Positions 37,600 through 53,248 of a stretch of 64,000 bases of DNA are shown here, in pieces. Source of the stretch: Macrostomum lignano. Its lineage: Eukaryota. The position numbers were made by a program, and so were the translations under genes. The stretch lies in the NCBI GenBank assembly GCA_002269645.1, contig NIVC01000013.1, forward strand, positions 1,321,215 to 1,385,214, given 5' to 3'. The first letter of the stretch is position 1. Every line of letters begins with the position of its first letter. The notes below the pieces were generated by a model. It was not told the DNA's origin. It ran no database searches and saw only the letters and a list, made by a program, of their open reading frames with translations.

Positions 37600-37900
37600 G
37601 ACAATGAGACAGTGGGAGACAGCAGGAGAAGACAGTGGGAGACAGCAGAGAAGACAGTGAGAGACAGCAGAAGACAGTGAGAGACAGCAGAGAAGACAGT
37701 GAGAGACAGCAGAGAAGACAGTGAGAGACAGCAGAGAAGACAGTGAGAGACAGCAGAGAAGACAGTGAGAGACAGCAGGAGAAGACAGTGAGAGACAGCA
37801 GGAGAAGACAGTGAGAGACAGCAGGAGAAGACAGTGAGAGACAGCAGAGAAGAGTCAAAGACTGAGAGAGGACAGAGAAGAGACTGAGAGAGGACAGGGA
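37600..37900. repeat. ~22-bp GAGACAGCAGAGAAGACAGTGA minisatellite inside the CMC element
   Basis: Direct tandem copies. Confidence 0.88.
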
Positions 37901-38895
37901 GAAGATTATGAGTCAGAATCAGAAACAAGTCAGAGATGACCAAGCCATTTAGAGGTTTCAAATCAAACAGTTTCTAAGTCCAGACCCGACTGCTGGACTT
38001 TATAAGGCCCAGGCACAGGAAAGCAATACTGAATTTGCTAAAGACAGGGGGGCCGAATGCCGGAGACTGCCGAACCCTTGCTATAGACCCCAGAGGAGTC
38101 TCTTTGTTCTATAAAAAATTAAAGGGAAGGAAAGAGCGGAGGGGGGCTAGTTTGGGTTGGGTTGGGTAGTTGTTGCCCCAACGGACTTACTTTGAACTTA
38201 CTGAAAAGTTAGTTCAGTTATTCGATCGACTAGTTCTCAACACTAGTTCTCTTAAATTGAATTAATTTTACAGTCGTTAATTCTAAAATTATTGACAAAA
38301 ACTCGATAAAAATGACAATAAATGAACTAACTTTGCTTTCAGAAAAAAAGCCTCTCGAGCCTCTCCTTCCGATATTTTTATACCAGCTGCCTCCTGTCTA
38401 GTCACTCATACCCTCAATAACAAAGAGCTTTTTCGAGCCTCTTCGTTTGATCCAGGGTTCACATACCAATGTATAGAATAGGTCCTACGATTTTTATAAG
38501 CTACAGCTATAAATATTGATTTTGTTACAAAGGCATTCAACGAAGCAGTGGGAAAAGCAGAGCAAAGAAAAGCAGTCTGGCGTTCTCGAGGTTTCAGTCT
38601 GTCTGTGTATCTATATTGCCAGTTCACCACAGTGGCATAAGCGACTTCTTATTTTTTTCGGCAGACGCATGCGAGGCGGAGTCAAGAAATCATAGCAGCT
38701 GATTAATGTCACAACAGCTGTGGGAAACTATATTCGCTTCAGTTTGTTAAGCAATACACCTGTCTATTTAATTGAAAATCGAGCTATGAGCAGTTGGAGT
38801 AGGTGCTGTTCCTGTAGGTACAAGCAATCTTACTGGCATACAGTGGATTCGATAGGTGTGCACCGCAGATATACAAGAAAAAGTAATCCACTTGT

Positions 38896-40718
<1,823 letters not shown>

Positions 40719-41025
40719 TTTGTAAAGACTGAGATGTTGGTGCAAGAATTCCAATTAATTGAAACGTAACAGTCGAATACTAACTAATAGTAGAAGCTTT
40801 GTCTTTAACTAAACAAACTTACTTTACGAACTCGTAAAGTGGTGAGCCAATTGGAATTCAGTTTTTGGGTTTCAATGGACCTCGGAATTTGCCAAACGAC
40901 GGGATTGGTTACGCGGAGCAGAGAGCCAAATGAGGAAGAAATATAGCTTTAAATTGGCATAGAAAGACGTTATACTCAGGGATTCGTGTTTCATTTTTAA
41001 GCTGAATTTGTTTTCTCCCAAGACA

Positions 41026-43244
41026 ATGACACGATACATAGTTTTCTTTATCGAGGACAGCCAAATTGTTGAAAGGTCGGAGGAGGAGGTTAAGCTGGAC
41101 AGCGAATATTCAAGTTTTGCTAGCGAGGACTGGACAGCTTTAAATGATTCGAACCGCTACTCTCTGAGCCCAATACATGTTAGGGCTGAGTACCAAGGCG
41201 AATGGTACGACGCTGTTGTTCTGCAAGTGTTGCTGGATCCTGAAACAGATTCGGACCCAACAGTCTACATGCTACGTCAAATGGTGGCTGAGAAGAAAAA
41301 ACGACTTGAGAGTTTGCTCAAAACTATCGCTCGAGTCAACATTGGAAGACGAAATAACTTCCCACCATTGAATGTAAGTAAGCTTATATGGAATATATGC
41401 TATATTTTGGGAGATCTAAACAAATGGTTTGATGAGCATATTCGAAAGGATATGGAAACAGACTTCGGAAAAATATGTTTGGGGTATCCAAGAAGGTTTA
41501 GAAGAAGCATTTTGATATGCTGAAATATTCAATAGTCTAAAATAATCTAATGATACGATATTAGTAGTACGAGCAAAAATAATAATGAATAATTTCAAAT
41601 TATCTTTAAAAGTCGCTCGCAAATCCTAAATCTGCATTTCAGATGGTAAATACTTCTGATAGTGAGACGGACATTGGCCGCGTGGCTCAAAAAGAACAGA
41701 GGCAGCCTTTGACCAGCAGAGGCAGCAGACCAAGACTGCCTCAAATCAGCGAATTCGTGCCAACCACCACGCCGCCACAGAGACAAGATTTAAGGGCTGC
41801 AGTAAGAGAGGCTCAGAAAAATGTCTGTTTAGAGGAATCGACTCCTCGGTCGTCAGCCACTGCATCTGCGAACCAAATCTCGACGGTCCCAAAGACTCCA
41901 GAGCTGCCAGTGGCCCACAACACAGCACCACTCGTCGATCAGCAGCATTCGGCTGTCGATTTATCTCACCAACCGTCAGACTTAGAGGAGACAATCATCA
42001 GCCCCGCATTGATTCGTGGCATTCAAAAGCAATTGGCGGATGCTGGTATTAACCCTGAGTCGCTGACGGCTGTGGCGCATCTGGCAATGCTGGATACACG
42101 GCAACAGCGTGCCGTCGAGTCCCGGATCAGGCGCTTTGAGGATTCTATTACGACAGCTATCGAGGGACTTGTGGCACAGGTTGCTTCTCTGGAAAGGCGC
42201 ATCAATCAACAACAAGTGCCAGCAGCCGCAGGCGGTCCACGACAAAATTGGAAAACGATCGATTCTTGGCCTCTGTACATTCGTTTTATTACTTCGCCAA
42301 GCTTCAGAAACGAACTGGTAAGAGAAAAAAGTGCATTTTCATTCATTTTGTTGTCAGTAATTTCTGTGGCCTTACTTTTGAACTTAATAAACAGATGATA
42401 ATAAAAATATAAATAAACATGAAACATGATTTAAAAAATATCAATACATACATAATTCCTCTCACGATCTCCATACACTCAACATCCTTTCACATCACAG
42501 GCTCCGAGTCTCCGAGGCTGTCGATGCGCATCAGTGCATGACACATGCTTGCGCATGCTTAGCAAGTGCCTCTCTGATGCAATGCAGCAAGTGGTGAATT
42601 GGTCAGGTCGCAACATGGCTGAGCGGTGCAAGAGTGAGCTGCCGTCTATAGAAGTTACGGATTCAGCACTGGCTTTTAAAAATGCCATGGATGTATTTCA
42701 AGGTAAGGTAGCGAATTATTCGATCATTCTAGAGGTTTTAGAATATGTGGGAAACGATCCTAAAACATGGTCCATACTCGATATATTCGAGTATACTCGA
42801 TATAGAGTGCTATTTGGGAAAAAAGGATATTTTAATTCTAATATTCAAACTTTAATTCTAATATTCAAACAGGAGATATAGAATGCAGAGTGGGCAAAAC
42901 GAAACAAAATTTACAGTTAAACAGTTTCGAAAAGAGTGCTATTGAAAATTCTTTTTCTACTACTAAGAGTAGCAAAAGAACGAAACTTAATTTGCTGTAT
43001 GAGTGACACAAAAGATTATACAACTTTTTCTACCACAGACGCTATCGTGCTCATCTACCCGGATGAGAAATCGAGGCCATCAGAACAGGCCGTCGAGAAA
43101 GAAATGGCGCGCATCCTAAAGCATGCTGCTGAGAGGTGTGCGGCTCGCCGGAAGCGGCTGTCGCTTCCAGTCTCTGCTGCTGCTGCTGAGTTTTCGCACC
43201 AAGCGCGAAGACCCCGACTTTTGTCGTCATCCAGTGACGAATAA
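41026..43244 (+). CDS. Transposon-borne DUF4806-like accessory protein, about 477 aa, 4 exons, apparently intact
   Basis: Exons 41026-41373, 41643-42317, 42501-42702, 43039-43244 have canonical sites and matching phases (0,0,1). The C-terminus TCLRMLSKCLSDAMQQVVNWSGR...AFKN...EKEMARILKHAAER resembles DUF4806 by eye. Confidence 0.7.
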
Positions 43245-43905
43245 GTAATTTATCTTAAAACTTTTTTGACATCAAAGCATTAATAGTTCACTGCTGACTT
43301 CTCCAAGCAGTTTTTTAAGTATTTTACAATATTTTCTGCGCGTTACTGGTAGTAACACTAGTAATTATAAAATGTCGCGTTTTCCCCATTTTGTGCTGAA
43401 GCTTTTATTATAAAACACTCCTATATTTACTTGAATACTTTGAACTCTTGTGCTTTTTAATAACATTTAATTCGACTTACTTTTTTAACTAAGTATTTTG
43501 AACTTCAGGCTGCTTTACTTTCTTTGTTTAATTACTTAACTTTTAATTGTTTCATTTAATTTTCACGAATTTTTTATCTTGCTCGAAAACTAACAGGAAA
43601 TTTTTGCAATTTGTATAAGGCCAAGTACAAATCCAAATATACTAAACTTACAATAAAGCAACAATGAAGCAGTAAAATTTGAGCAACAATTAAGCCATTT
43701 TAATTTTCTGCATTCGACATTCGAGTCCTTAATATCTTTAAATGTCTACTCATAATAGTATATATAGCGCAAAAATCTGTCGGTCCTAAAACCGTCCGAA
43801 ATTTTCGTTTTGTCAGCGTCTGCATGACCATATTCGGACGTACATACGGGGTGCTTGTGGACGATGATAATTTGACGTCCGTCAGACGCAACTTTTTACA
43901 CCGGG

Positions 43906-44360
43906 AGGCACTCATTTTAGCGCCGCAGGCACTCATTAGCTCGTATAGCGCCTCAGGCACTCATTTTGGCGCCGCAGGCACTCATTAGCTCGTATAGCGC
44001 CTCAGGCACTCATTTTGGCGCCGCAGGCACTCATTAGCTCGTATAGCGCCTCAGGCACTCATTTTGGCGCCGCAGGCACTCATTAGCTCGTATAGCGCCT
44101 CAGGCACTCATTTTAGCGCCGCAGGCACTCATTAGCTCGTATAGCGCTTCAGGCACTCATTTTGGCGCCGCAGGCACTCATTAGCTCGTATAGCGCCTCA
44201 GGCACTCATTTTGGCGCCGCAGGCACTCATTAGCTCGTATAGCGCCTCAGGCACTCATTTTGGCGCCGCAGGCACTCATTAGCTCGTATAGCGCCTCAGG
44301 AACTCATTTTGGCGCCGCAGGCACTCATTAGCTCGTATAGCGCCTCAGGCACTCATGCGG
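43906..44360. repeat. 21-bp GCAGGCACTCATTTTAGCGCC satellite and 42-bp dimer variant; its other part lies at 36595-36720
   Basis: Same unit as the array in the 8648 MITE (reverse orientation); split by the CMC element. Confidence 0.92.
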
Positions 44361-44517
44361 CGCTATCTTTTGTCGCCCTGAAGCAACGTTATTGATTTCC
44401 ATAACGGGTCACAAGTACACAAGTCAAATGAATATGACCGCGCGCGGAATAGAACCAGGGGTCGTTAAGCGCGAGAGTCAGCCATGTTCGCCCTCCCCCA
44501 CATCACCTCGTCCTCAC

Positions 44518-47150
44518 CTGCCTGCAGATGCCTGCGAATCCTTCGTTTTAGCGATTCCAACCGATTTAACTGTTGCAGTTCCCGCTGCATCAGCTCCAAC
44601 TGTTGCCACCTGTTGTGCAGCAGCAGCCGGCGCATCAGCAGGCTGTACCAGTCGGCCAGCAGGCCTCGAACCCCGGCAGCCACCGCGCCAGAACCCGGCG
44701 TCGCAGACCTACTCAAACAGTCGCTCAGATCGGCGCACAATCGGTTCAAACAGCACCGCTCATCAACCAGTTCCTGTTGTCGACGGATCAACAGCTGCAT
44801 AGCGGCGTCGGGGCTGTGATCGACAATGTCAACAATTTCGACATCCTGCATGTCAGTCTGGTGGTGGTCAATCTGATCGCAGTGGGGACTACTCAAGGCG
44901 AGACAGCGCCTCAACTGTTGGAGAAAGTCAAGCACGGTAGGAACGTCGGGAGTTCGTCGGCTGATCAGTTCGGCTGGGTCCGGCAGTCTGGGTGGGAGGG
45001 ATACGGAGAGGCACAAATTTAATTGTTACTGTGGCCCCAGTGACACTTCAGTGGGCACCCGCAACACCCGATGAAATCGGTACCCAGGCCAAGAAGTCAA
45101 TTTAGGTTGTTTTACTGCCTGTGAATCTGAGGCGCTTCAATACTGACTCTGGGGCTGTAGAGCCACTGAGTTGCGTCTGAATGAGTTGATTTTTTATGAA
45201 TCAAAATCGTATACTCAGAAAAATTGAAAAGTCTCCACTCAATGCGCCAGTGAGCATTTTCTCTTGGACAATTCTGAAATAAAAGACGCGAGAAAACTGA
45301 TCGGGACAGCTTTAATCCGTCCAACCCTCGCACACCGCTCCCTCCACTTCATTCCTCAACTCAAGTCTGCCACGGTGTACCTAAGTTGCGTCACTCGCAA
45401 AGATTGAGAGACTTTACCCGCGCTCTCAAAATTGGCGTCCACAGACGGAATCTTCTTTGATGGCGACTTTTCCATGTTGCTGAGTATATTTCGAAATACC
45501 AACTGGATTTGTTAGAAATTTGAGCGCTAGCACGACTCTTAGACGACTTTCACATAACGACAGCAGCTCACGTGACTCAACAGTCGCTTCTACAGTTGTA
45601 ACCTTTTCAACGGGACAAGCAGTACGTCCTCACCTGGTCACCCCCAGCCGTCGAGCAGCCTCAGCGGCCATCAGATGGCACTGCAGCCAGCCAGAAGGCC
45701 CAGTCGCAGCGAGTTCAGCAGCCGCCCCATAGTCCAACAGCCTCGGCCTGTGCCGCTCAACAATAGCGCAGAAGGCCAGGCCGCTACGAAACGAGGTGCT
45801 GAGATTTTGTACGACAGCTCCGGGACAATTAGCTGTTGATTCTCTAGCCCAGGTGAACAATTGTTCGAGTTCTGCTTCTGACATGTCTAAATCTGACAGA
45901 CTTCTGTTGGCTTTGATCGTGACTGCCTTTGTTTGATTTTCTGTCATCGTGTCAGACTGATCTACCGGTATTGATTGCGTCAATAACAAGGCTAACGGGT
46001 TTTGTACAACGGAGTGTAGAGTGAGGCTGACTGATCCAGATTCGATCTGAAATTTGTTATAACTCAACTAAATTCTCATAACTCATTTTCGCAGATTAGC
46101 TTTATAGCAACGAATTATTAACTGCGATTCAGCGTAGCATAGCAACAACACGGTACAAAATTAACATGGCAACAGCATAGCAACAGCATAACAGCATAGC
46201 AACAGCATAGCAACAGCAGAGCAACAGCACAGCAACATCATAGCAACAGCACAGCAACAGCACAGCAACATCATAGCAACAGCACAGCAACATCATAGCA
46301 ACAGCACAGCAACATCATAGCAACAGTACAGCAACATCATAGCAACAGTACAGCAACATCATAGCAACAGCACAGCAACAGCATGGCAACATCATAACAG
46401 CATAGCAACATCATAGCAACAGCACAGCAACAGCACAGCAACATCATAGCAACAGCACAGCAACATCATAGCAACAGCATAGCAACAACATAACAACAGC
46501 GCAGCAACAGCATGGCAACACCATAACAGCATAGCAACATCATAGCAACAGCACAGCAACATCATAGCAACAGCACAGCAACATCATGGCAACAGCATGA
46601 GAAAACACAGAAACAGCAAAGCAACCTTTTTAGCCATCCGCTCGCTAGGCACTAAATCCAATTGTAGCTCCAAACTCTTCTCATTGCCAGCTGGATCGAT
46701 GAGATCTAGCGACGCCAGATCTAGCTGGCACCGGGCCAACGGTTTAATCCTAGTCGAACTGAGAACAGAAGACAGAGGAGACCTCCGCAGAAGCCGCTGT
46801 CCATTCCCCTGACTGCAGCGATGCTCTTCAAGTGTGACCGTCAGGTTGGTTGCCAACAGAGAAGTCGGTTCAGAATCTTTAAGCAGCACCGAGCCTCTAA
46901 AACATTTCTTTGCCTTCGGAGTGGACAGAATGACAGTCTGTGGATTGCTAGACCAGTCAAGACGGCAGCCCCGAGGGTTGGACAGGCAGGCCGACCAGCT
47001 GCTTGGCTCTGTGCTAGCCGAGACGGTTGATGAAGTTGAAGATGAATCTGCAGATGAAGCTGACAGCGTCACACGAAGATTACCAGGGTTGAAGCCTGCT
47101 GCGCAGATTAACGAAGCTGACGAAATGCGGGCCTTGAGCTGCACTTCCGC
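44518..47150 (-). CDS. EHBP1: EHBP1-like locus, module 3: NT-C2, CH and N-terminal part of bMERB
   Basis: Exons 47150-46626 (VQLKARISSASLIC...FNPGNL...NPRGCRLDW...LARCQLDLASL), 46046-45634 (LFTWARES...LSTSFRSGLAFCAIVERHRPRLLDY), 44987-44518 (LPDPAELISRRTPD...LLADWYSLLMRR...LKRRIRRHLQA). Confidence 0.8.
46150..46610. repeat. AGCAACAGCAC/AGCAACATCAT 11-bp minisatellite (EHBP1-like intron)
   Basis: Direct tandem copies. Confidence 0.9.
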
Positions 47151-47202
47151 CTGCAATAATGAGAATTGGAGACTGGGAATACTCGACTTCTGCTTTTACT
47201 GC

Positions 47203-47590
47203 TGGCCCAGCAACTGAGGATCTGAGAGGCTGGCCCAGCAACTGAGGATCTGCGAGGCTGGCCCAGCAACTGAGGATCTGGGAGGCTGGCCCAGCGACTG
47301 AGGATCTGGGAGGCTGGCCCAGCAACTGAGGATCTGCGAGGCTGGCCCAGCAACTGAGGATCTGGGAGGCTGGTGGCCCAGCAACTGAGGATCTGGGAGG
47401 CTGGCCCAGCAACTGAGGATCTGCGAGGCTGGCCCAGCAACTGAGGATCTGGGAGGCTGGCCCAGCAACTGGGGATCTGGGAGGCTGGCCCAGCAACTGA
47501 GGATCTGGGAGGCTGGCCCAGCAACTGACACTCTGGGAGGCTGGCCCAGCAACTGACACTCTGGGAGGCTGGCCCAGCAACTGAGGATCA
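47203..47590 (-). repeat. 28-bp minisatellite, array B (EHBP1-like intron)
   Basis: Reverse complement of the array A unit. Confidence 0.92.
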
Positions 47591-47893
47591 GACAGACAGA
47601 CACTAAAGGATGGGGGACAGGGACACTTCAAAAACATTAATGAACAAGATCAGATAGAGTACAACAGTACATGTATATGACTGTAAAATCCATTCAATAT
47701 CAAGGCTAAATCATTTTGAATTTTATTTACATAAGAAAGTCGTTTAAAACAAGAGATTTACTAAGAAATCGAACGCAAATGATGCAAAAAACAAAAAAGG
47801 GCCCCGATCGGTTATGAAAGACGAGATGATGAGATTGTCAAAATGTGATTTTTTACTACAGAAAGTTCTCTCGCAATACTCAAGTTACTCAAG

Positions 47894-48958
47894 TCACAGA
47901 ACGGCACACGATGACCAGTCAATTTGAAGAGCCACAAGTGACTGAGTCCTGAAGTGAGATTGCGCTTCTAGTGAGTACACAACCAGACAGTTGTCGCGTT
48001 GATTGTCAAACTCTCCAGCATCCAGAATTACCCAGTCATCTTCATCGTCACTAAAGTTCACCCGCTGGCCTGAACCTCTTGGAGGTGCCTGTCTACCAAG
48101 TCGATCTCGCAGTTGGCGCAGAAATGCCCCAATTAGTGCAGGGCTTGGGATGCGATGAAGCACCAGATCTGCCGGATCGGGGACTCTGAAGTGTGTCAAA
48201 AGCATGGAAACCTACTATATTGTTTTACTTCTATATCAAGGCTTACGAGGGAATAAATAATTTTCGTTACCTTGCATATTGCGAGTAACTAAATATCGAC
48301 AACATAAAAAATTATAGCATCAGCTTCGCACCTGTCAACGCCCAGCTGTCTAGCGGCTGCAAACGCCAAACGATGATTCTCACGCATGTCGTTAGTAAGA
48401 AAATTGTAATCAATTAGCCAAGGTGCAAATCTATTAATTATGGCGCAAAATGCCAGACCATTGCGAAACGAGGTATGCCGATTAGAGATCTGCACAAATC
48501 GATAGCCTTGGCTGCACTGCTGGCTCCAAGCCAGAAGGCTGTCCGTGAACTCGCTTTCTAGAGGAGAAGCTTGAAAGTTAGCGATCGAGTCTGGGCTGGA
48601 TGGCTGTACACTGGGAAGTGGCTCAACAACTTGACTGAGACTGCTCACAGATGATGACGGATGCTGCGGCTCGGGCCGTGGCAAGTTCAGTTCAGAGGCA
48701 ACAGTCGGACAGTGCAATCGGAGAAGCAGAGACAGGCTTGCGAATGCTACCTGTTGCACAGGTTTTAATTGGAATTATAGGATAGCTTAGATACCGGCTG
48801 GAGTCCCTAAATAAACCTAACTTTACAGTCTCCCAAATTCTATATTCACAAAGTACTGCGTCTGTTGAGGAATATGAAACGCCCTAACAGAACAGAACGT
48901 GCTTTGAAATTAGAAATTTTTGCTAAAAACCTCCTTTGAAGTTAAAATGTATTTGAGA

Positions 48959-49019
<61 letters not shown>

Positions 49020-49037
49020 GATCTATCTATCTATCTT

Positions 49038-49091
<54 letters not shown>

Positions 49092-49092
49092 G

Positions 49093-49128
<36 letters not shown>

Positions 49129-49137
49129 ATCTATCTG

Positions 49138-49192
<55 letters not shown>

Positions 49193-49193
49193 G

Positions 49194-49225
<32 letters not shown>

Positions 49226-49250
49226 ATCTATCTATCTATCTATCTATCTG

Positions 49251-49282
<32 letters not shown>

Positions 49283-49931
49283 ATCTATCTATCTATCTAT
49301 CTTTCTATCTATCTGTCTATCTATCTATCCAAAGTGAAAACTATCAAAGATTAACATTTTCCTTATCCTAAACTTGGCTTATTAATTCTAACTTTACCTC
49401 AGATTTTGCTCTAACCTAATTGCTTTACCTTTTTAGACTTGCTCCGAAGCTGCAGCTCTGCAAGCCATTGATTTCCACCATTGACAGCCCGAGCAATGCC
49501 CGCCAATTCAAGGATCTTTACCGATCTACTAGCAATAATCTTGCACTCTGCGGTGCTAGCAAAGCTTCTATTAGCAGCAGATTCTAACAGGGCAAATTTC
49601 CACGAATCAGACGGGACGCAAGAGAAGACGAATGTGACGGAGGAGTCGCCGCAGTCCGCGGCGGTGACGCAGAAGCGACGGGCGTTGGCGGAATTCGCCG
49701 ATAAACTCCAACACTGCGGCTCCGTGCGGTGAAGCCAACGACACCCTTTGCTTTTGCGCAGCGACTTCCTTAACAGACGATCAAGAACGCCACTGCCGCC
49801 AGGTTTTCTGATTGTTGCAGCATCGTTTGGAGCAGCAACTGCCGACAACTCACGGAGAGGACGCTTTGACTTCGGAGGGGACTCAACTGAGAAGCACGCA
49901 AAGCTGACGATGAGCTGCTGCTGCTGCATAG
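47894..49931 (-). CDS. EHBP1-like locus, module 2: divergent NT-C2 plus CH domain
   Basis: Exons 49931-49429 (C2-like strands, ending [12 protein letters not shown]), 48750-48332 ([10 protein letters not shown]...[44 protein letters not shown]) and one starting at 48185 ([26 protein letters not shown]). The 3' end of the last exon is unresolved; the ORF stop is at 47894. Confidence 0.7.
48958..49330. repeat. (TATC)n microsatellite
   Basis: Tetranucleotide run. Confidence 0.95.
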
Positions 49932-50183
49932 CTGCAGAAACAAGAAAAGTTAAGAGTATTATAAATTGTTTTCATCAGATTGCTTTTGTCTGAGCTCAGC
50001 TAACTAAATTGTCTTTCCAGACAGGCCAATTCGCTCCCAGATACCATCTTAATGAACTGACAGGAGCTTACACGAGATTCGCTTTCAGAAGCTCGAAGTC
50101 TCTATCCGACCTTCGGGTCCTTTGAAACTCCACAATGGCAATCCGGCACGCTCAAAGTCTGTCTCTTTGATCTCAGCTCTCTA

Positions 50184-50186
<3 letters not shown>

Positions 50187-50282
<96 letters not shown>

Positions 50283-50650
50283 CCTCTTTTTCTCTCATCT
50301 CCTTTTGTCTCTCGTCTATCTTTCCTTGGGTATTTTTCCTCTTTCCCCTTGTCTTCTCTCTTGTCGCCTCTCTTGCCTTTCCTTTCTGCTCTAATCTCTA
50401 ATCTCTCGTCTCCTCTTTCTTCTCTAATCTCTCGTCTCCTCTTTCTTTTCTATTTTCTCTAATCTCTCGTCTCCTCTTTCTTCTCTAATCTCTCGTCTCC
50501 TCTTTCTTCTCTAATCTCTCGTCTCCTCTTTCTTCTCTATCGTCTCTAATCTCTAATCTCTCGTCTCCTCTTTCTTCTCTATCGTCTCTAATCTCTAATC
50601 TCTCGTCTCCTCTTTCTTCTCTAATCTCTCGTCTCCTCTTTCTTCTCCTC
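50187..50650. repeat. (TC)n run followed by a CTCTAATCTCTCGTCTCCTCTTTCTT minisatellite
   Basis: Direct reading. Confidence 0.9.
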
Positions 50651-51176
50651 TCTACTCGATTACTTTTCCTTTACTATCTCATCTCTTATGGAATATGAAT
50701 TTAAAAAACGCTGTTTATTGTATACACGAAATCAGATTGACATTTTTGCAGCTTTCTTTTCTGCCTTGGGTTGTGGGATATCGAAGCTTCACATTCTAGC
50801 CAAAGAAAAACTTTATTAAACTTTAAGTCAGTTGTTGACAGAGAATTTCTGAACTATTGTGTTGCGAGACCATCAGTGTCAGGATGGTCTAGGCGTTGCT
50901 GATGTATCCTAATGTATCATCTGCATCCACCTAAAACAACTTCAATTAGCTACAAAATTGTTATAGCTAGACAAATAACAAAACACACGAGATAAGAGGA
51001 TCAATCTACGTTTTTTCCGCGTGTTTTCTAATAAATTTTAATAAAAAACATTAAAAACCATACACTGTGATTGTTATGTTGTAAAAGAAGTACAGCCAAA
51101 AAATAATTGATAAAATTGAGATTGTGTTTTTGGAAGATACGAAATCTTCTCTAATCTCTAATCTTGTAATTTGTTA

Positions 51177-51339
51177 GCACTCGGCAACATGTTAAAATTT
51201 CCAACCCTAAAACCAATGGTCAATAATAATAACAATGACAATAATAGATTAAATCGGCTCAAATGGCCAGCGTGCAACCGACAGCTCGATCCTCACCAGC
51301 TTTAGACTTTAGTGGAAACTTTAACATGTTGCCGAGTGC
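51177..51339. mobile_element. Small MITE-like inverted-repeat element
   Basis: 27-bp inverted repeats GCACTCGGCAACATGTTAAA(A/G)TTTCCA (26/27). No clean TSD. Confidence 0.55.
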
Positions 51340-51849
51340 AGGATTTCAGGAATGTACTTTTAGATATTGTATAGATAAACAGCGGTAGATGCAATAAAAA
51401 GACATTCCTGCTTGCGTAAATTGGTTCAATTTTAACGCTTAAAACTGTATAAAAACGGTAGAAAAACTTTCTAATATTCAAAAAGAATAGAAAACAATAT
51501 AGTTCCAAACAAAAATATCAAGTTACAGTTTTAAAAAACTTCAACTCTATAAAAAATCGCATTTGTACACTATAGTCTTGTTTGCCTGAAAGTCAGATAT
51601 AAGAACTGAAAAAATAGGTTTTTTTGCTATCAATTTGGTTTGTTTCGCGAGCATAAAAATTTAAACTCCAACTTTAGCCATTAGCCTTTCTGCCATGGCA
51701 TATTTTTAACTTGATTGGCTTAGTTTTAAAAGTTAAAACCCACACGTAGGAGGAACGTTGTAGTGTAGTGGCGCTGTAGTGGCGCCGGACTCAGCAGCCG
51801 ATTGCCTGCGCAGAGTATTTGAATAACTATAAACGAATAGCTTCAAACG

Positions 51850-52349
51850 AATTAATAATAACAATACAGTAATCATACATGCGCAACCTCCAAAATTCGG
51901 TCGGCCATGCGACTTAGTTTTTACAAAAATGCGACGTAGTTTTTGGCCAAAAATGCGACTTACATGTAAAAAAACCCTAATGCAAAATTAACGCAACTTT
52001 GGGTAAACGACAGGAGTAACTATGACTGTCTTATTAAGTCAAAATGCCTCGTCAGCTACTTAGTACTACTACTTTGGTATTTTTTGGGTGGGCATTTTTG
52101 CGACTTCCTTGGTTGGCCGCCAAATCGGTCGGCCGGATCGGCCGACTGTTGCGCATTTATGACAGTAATTGATTACACCTGGCCCAATCGGGCTATTGCG
52201 CGGCGCATCTGAAGGCTGCGTACGGCTGTTCAGTCCAAGGACTGGGGGTGTCGCCAGTCGCCACAAACTCTCAATTACCCCAGTGGGTCCAGTAGGTCGA
52301 GAATCGAACCTCCGACCTTTCAGTCGTGGGTCCGACGCTCTAATCACTA
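51850..52349 (-). mobile_element. tRNA-derived SINE interrupted by two MITEs
   Basis: On the minus strand: truncated A-box TAGTGATTA, B-box GGTTCGATTCT, a body of about 110 bp and an ATT-rich tail beyond the hAT MITE. Confidence 0.6.
51874..52161. mobile_element. hAT-like MITE, 288 bp
   Basis: TIR CATACATGCGCAAC / CATAAATGCGCAAC (13/14) and a perfect 8-bp TSD ACAGTAAT (51866-51873 and 52162-52169). Confidence 0.85.
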
Positions 52350-53248
52350 GGGAGTACGACGTTTGCTTGCCGAACTTTGCTTGCGGAATTTTGATGTCTG
52401 TTTCCTAGAAACTCACAATCACAATTGCAAGATTTTAACTTGCCGAATTATTTTCTTGTCTGCTTGCTTGTTTTGATTGCTTGTGAAGTTGGTCAGTCAA
52501 TTATTACTTACTACAGATGCTTTGCAAGTGGATTCTTATCAGCGTCGACGTAAACTGACTTGACACTAAGCTTTCAAACTAGGCTTATAGAGTTTCATTC
52601 TAAGAATTTAGTATATAGAAATGATGTACATTGATGTACAATGTACGTTCATTTCCAAAAAATCTATTCTGTACACTTCGGTGCCTAAATCATTCGATAT
52701 GTGCATTGTTCGAAATTGTGTCCAATTTTTGTTGAAAATGTATTCCCAGTAAAAAACTCAATTATTCCATTTCTGCATTAGGAGGGCTTTTCAAATCCGT
52801 CATATCCTCATACAAAATCATAACACTATAGGCGACTTCCACGAATCTTAGAAAATAAAAATTAGAAATACAAGAGCTCAATAATAGGTTCTTTAAGATT
52901 CCGCAAGAAAACTGTGGCTGGCAAACCTCGGCAAGCAAAATTTCTGCAAGCAAAGTTCGGCAAGCAAAGCTCGGCAAGCAAAGTTCGGCAAGCAAACTTC
53001 GGCAGGCAAACTTCGGCAAGCAAACTTCGGCAGGCAAACTTCGGCAAGCAAACTTCGGCAAGCAAAGTTCGGCAGGCAAACTTCGGCAGGCAAACTTCGG
53101 CAAGCAAACTTCGGCAAGCAAAGTTCGGCAAGCAAAGTTCGGCAGGCAAACTTCGGCAGGCAAACTTCGGCAAGCAAAGTTCGGCAAGCAAAGTTCGGCA
53201 AGCAAAAGTCCCGCAAGCAAACTTCTCGCAAGCAAATTTCATAGACCC
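52350..53248. mobile_element. MULE-like non-autonomous element related to 4501-5107
   Basis: The ends GGGAGTACGACGTTTGC and AAATTTCATAGACCC match the 4501 element, and the right arm has GCAAACTTCGGCAA-type repeats. No direct TSD; the right flank is rearranged. Confidence 0.65.

Noticed and set aside
38406-38630. Third gene in the CMC element
   Set aside because: Short ORF with a non-ATG start and no motifs; probably 3' UTR or internal spacer.
52762-52846. Candidate exon completing CH1 (RFVEVAYSV...)
   Set aside because: Phase-compatible, but it lacks the DPxD/PD motif of the other two modules, ends in a stop and lies inside the MULE-like element.
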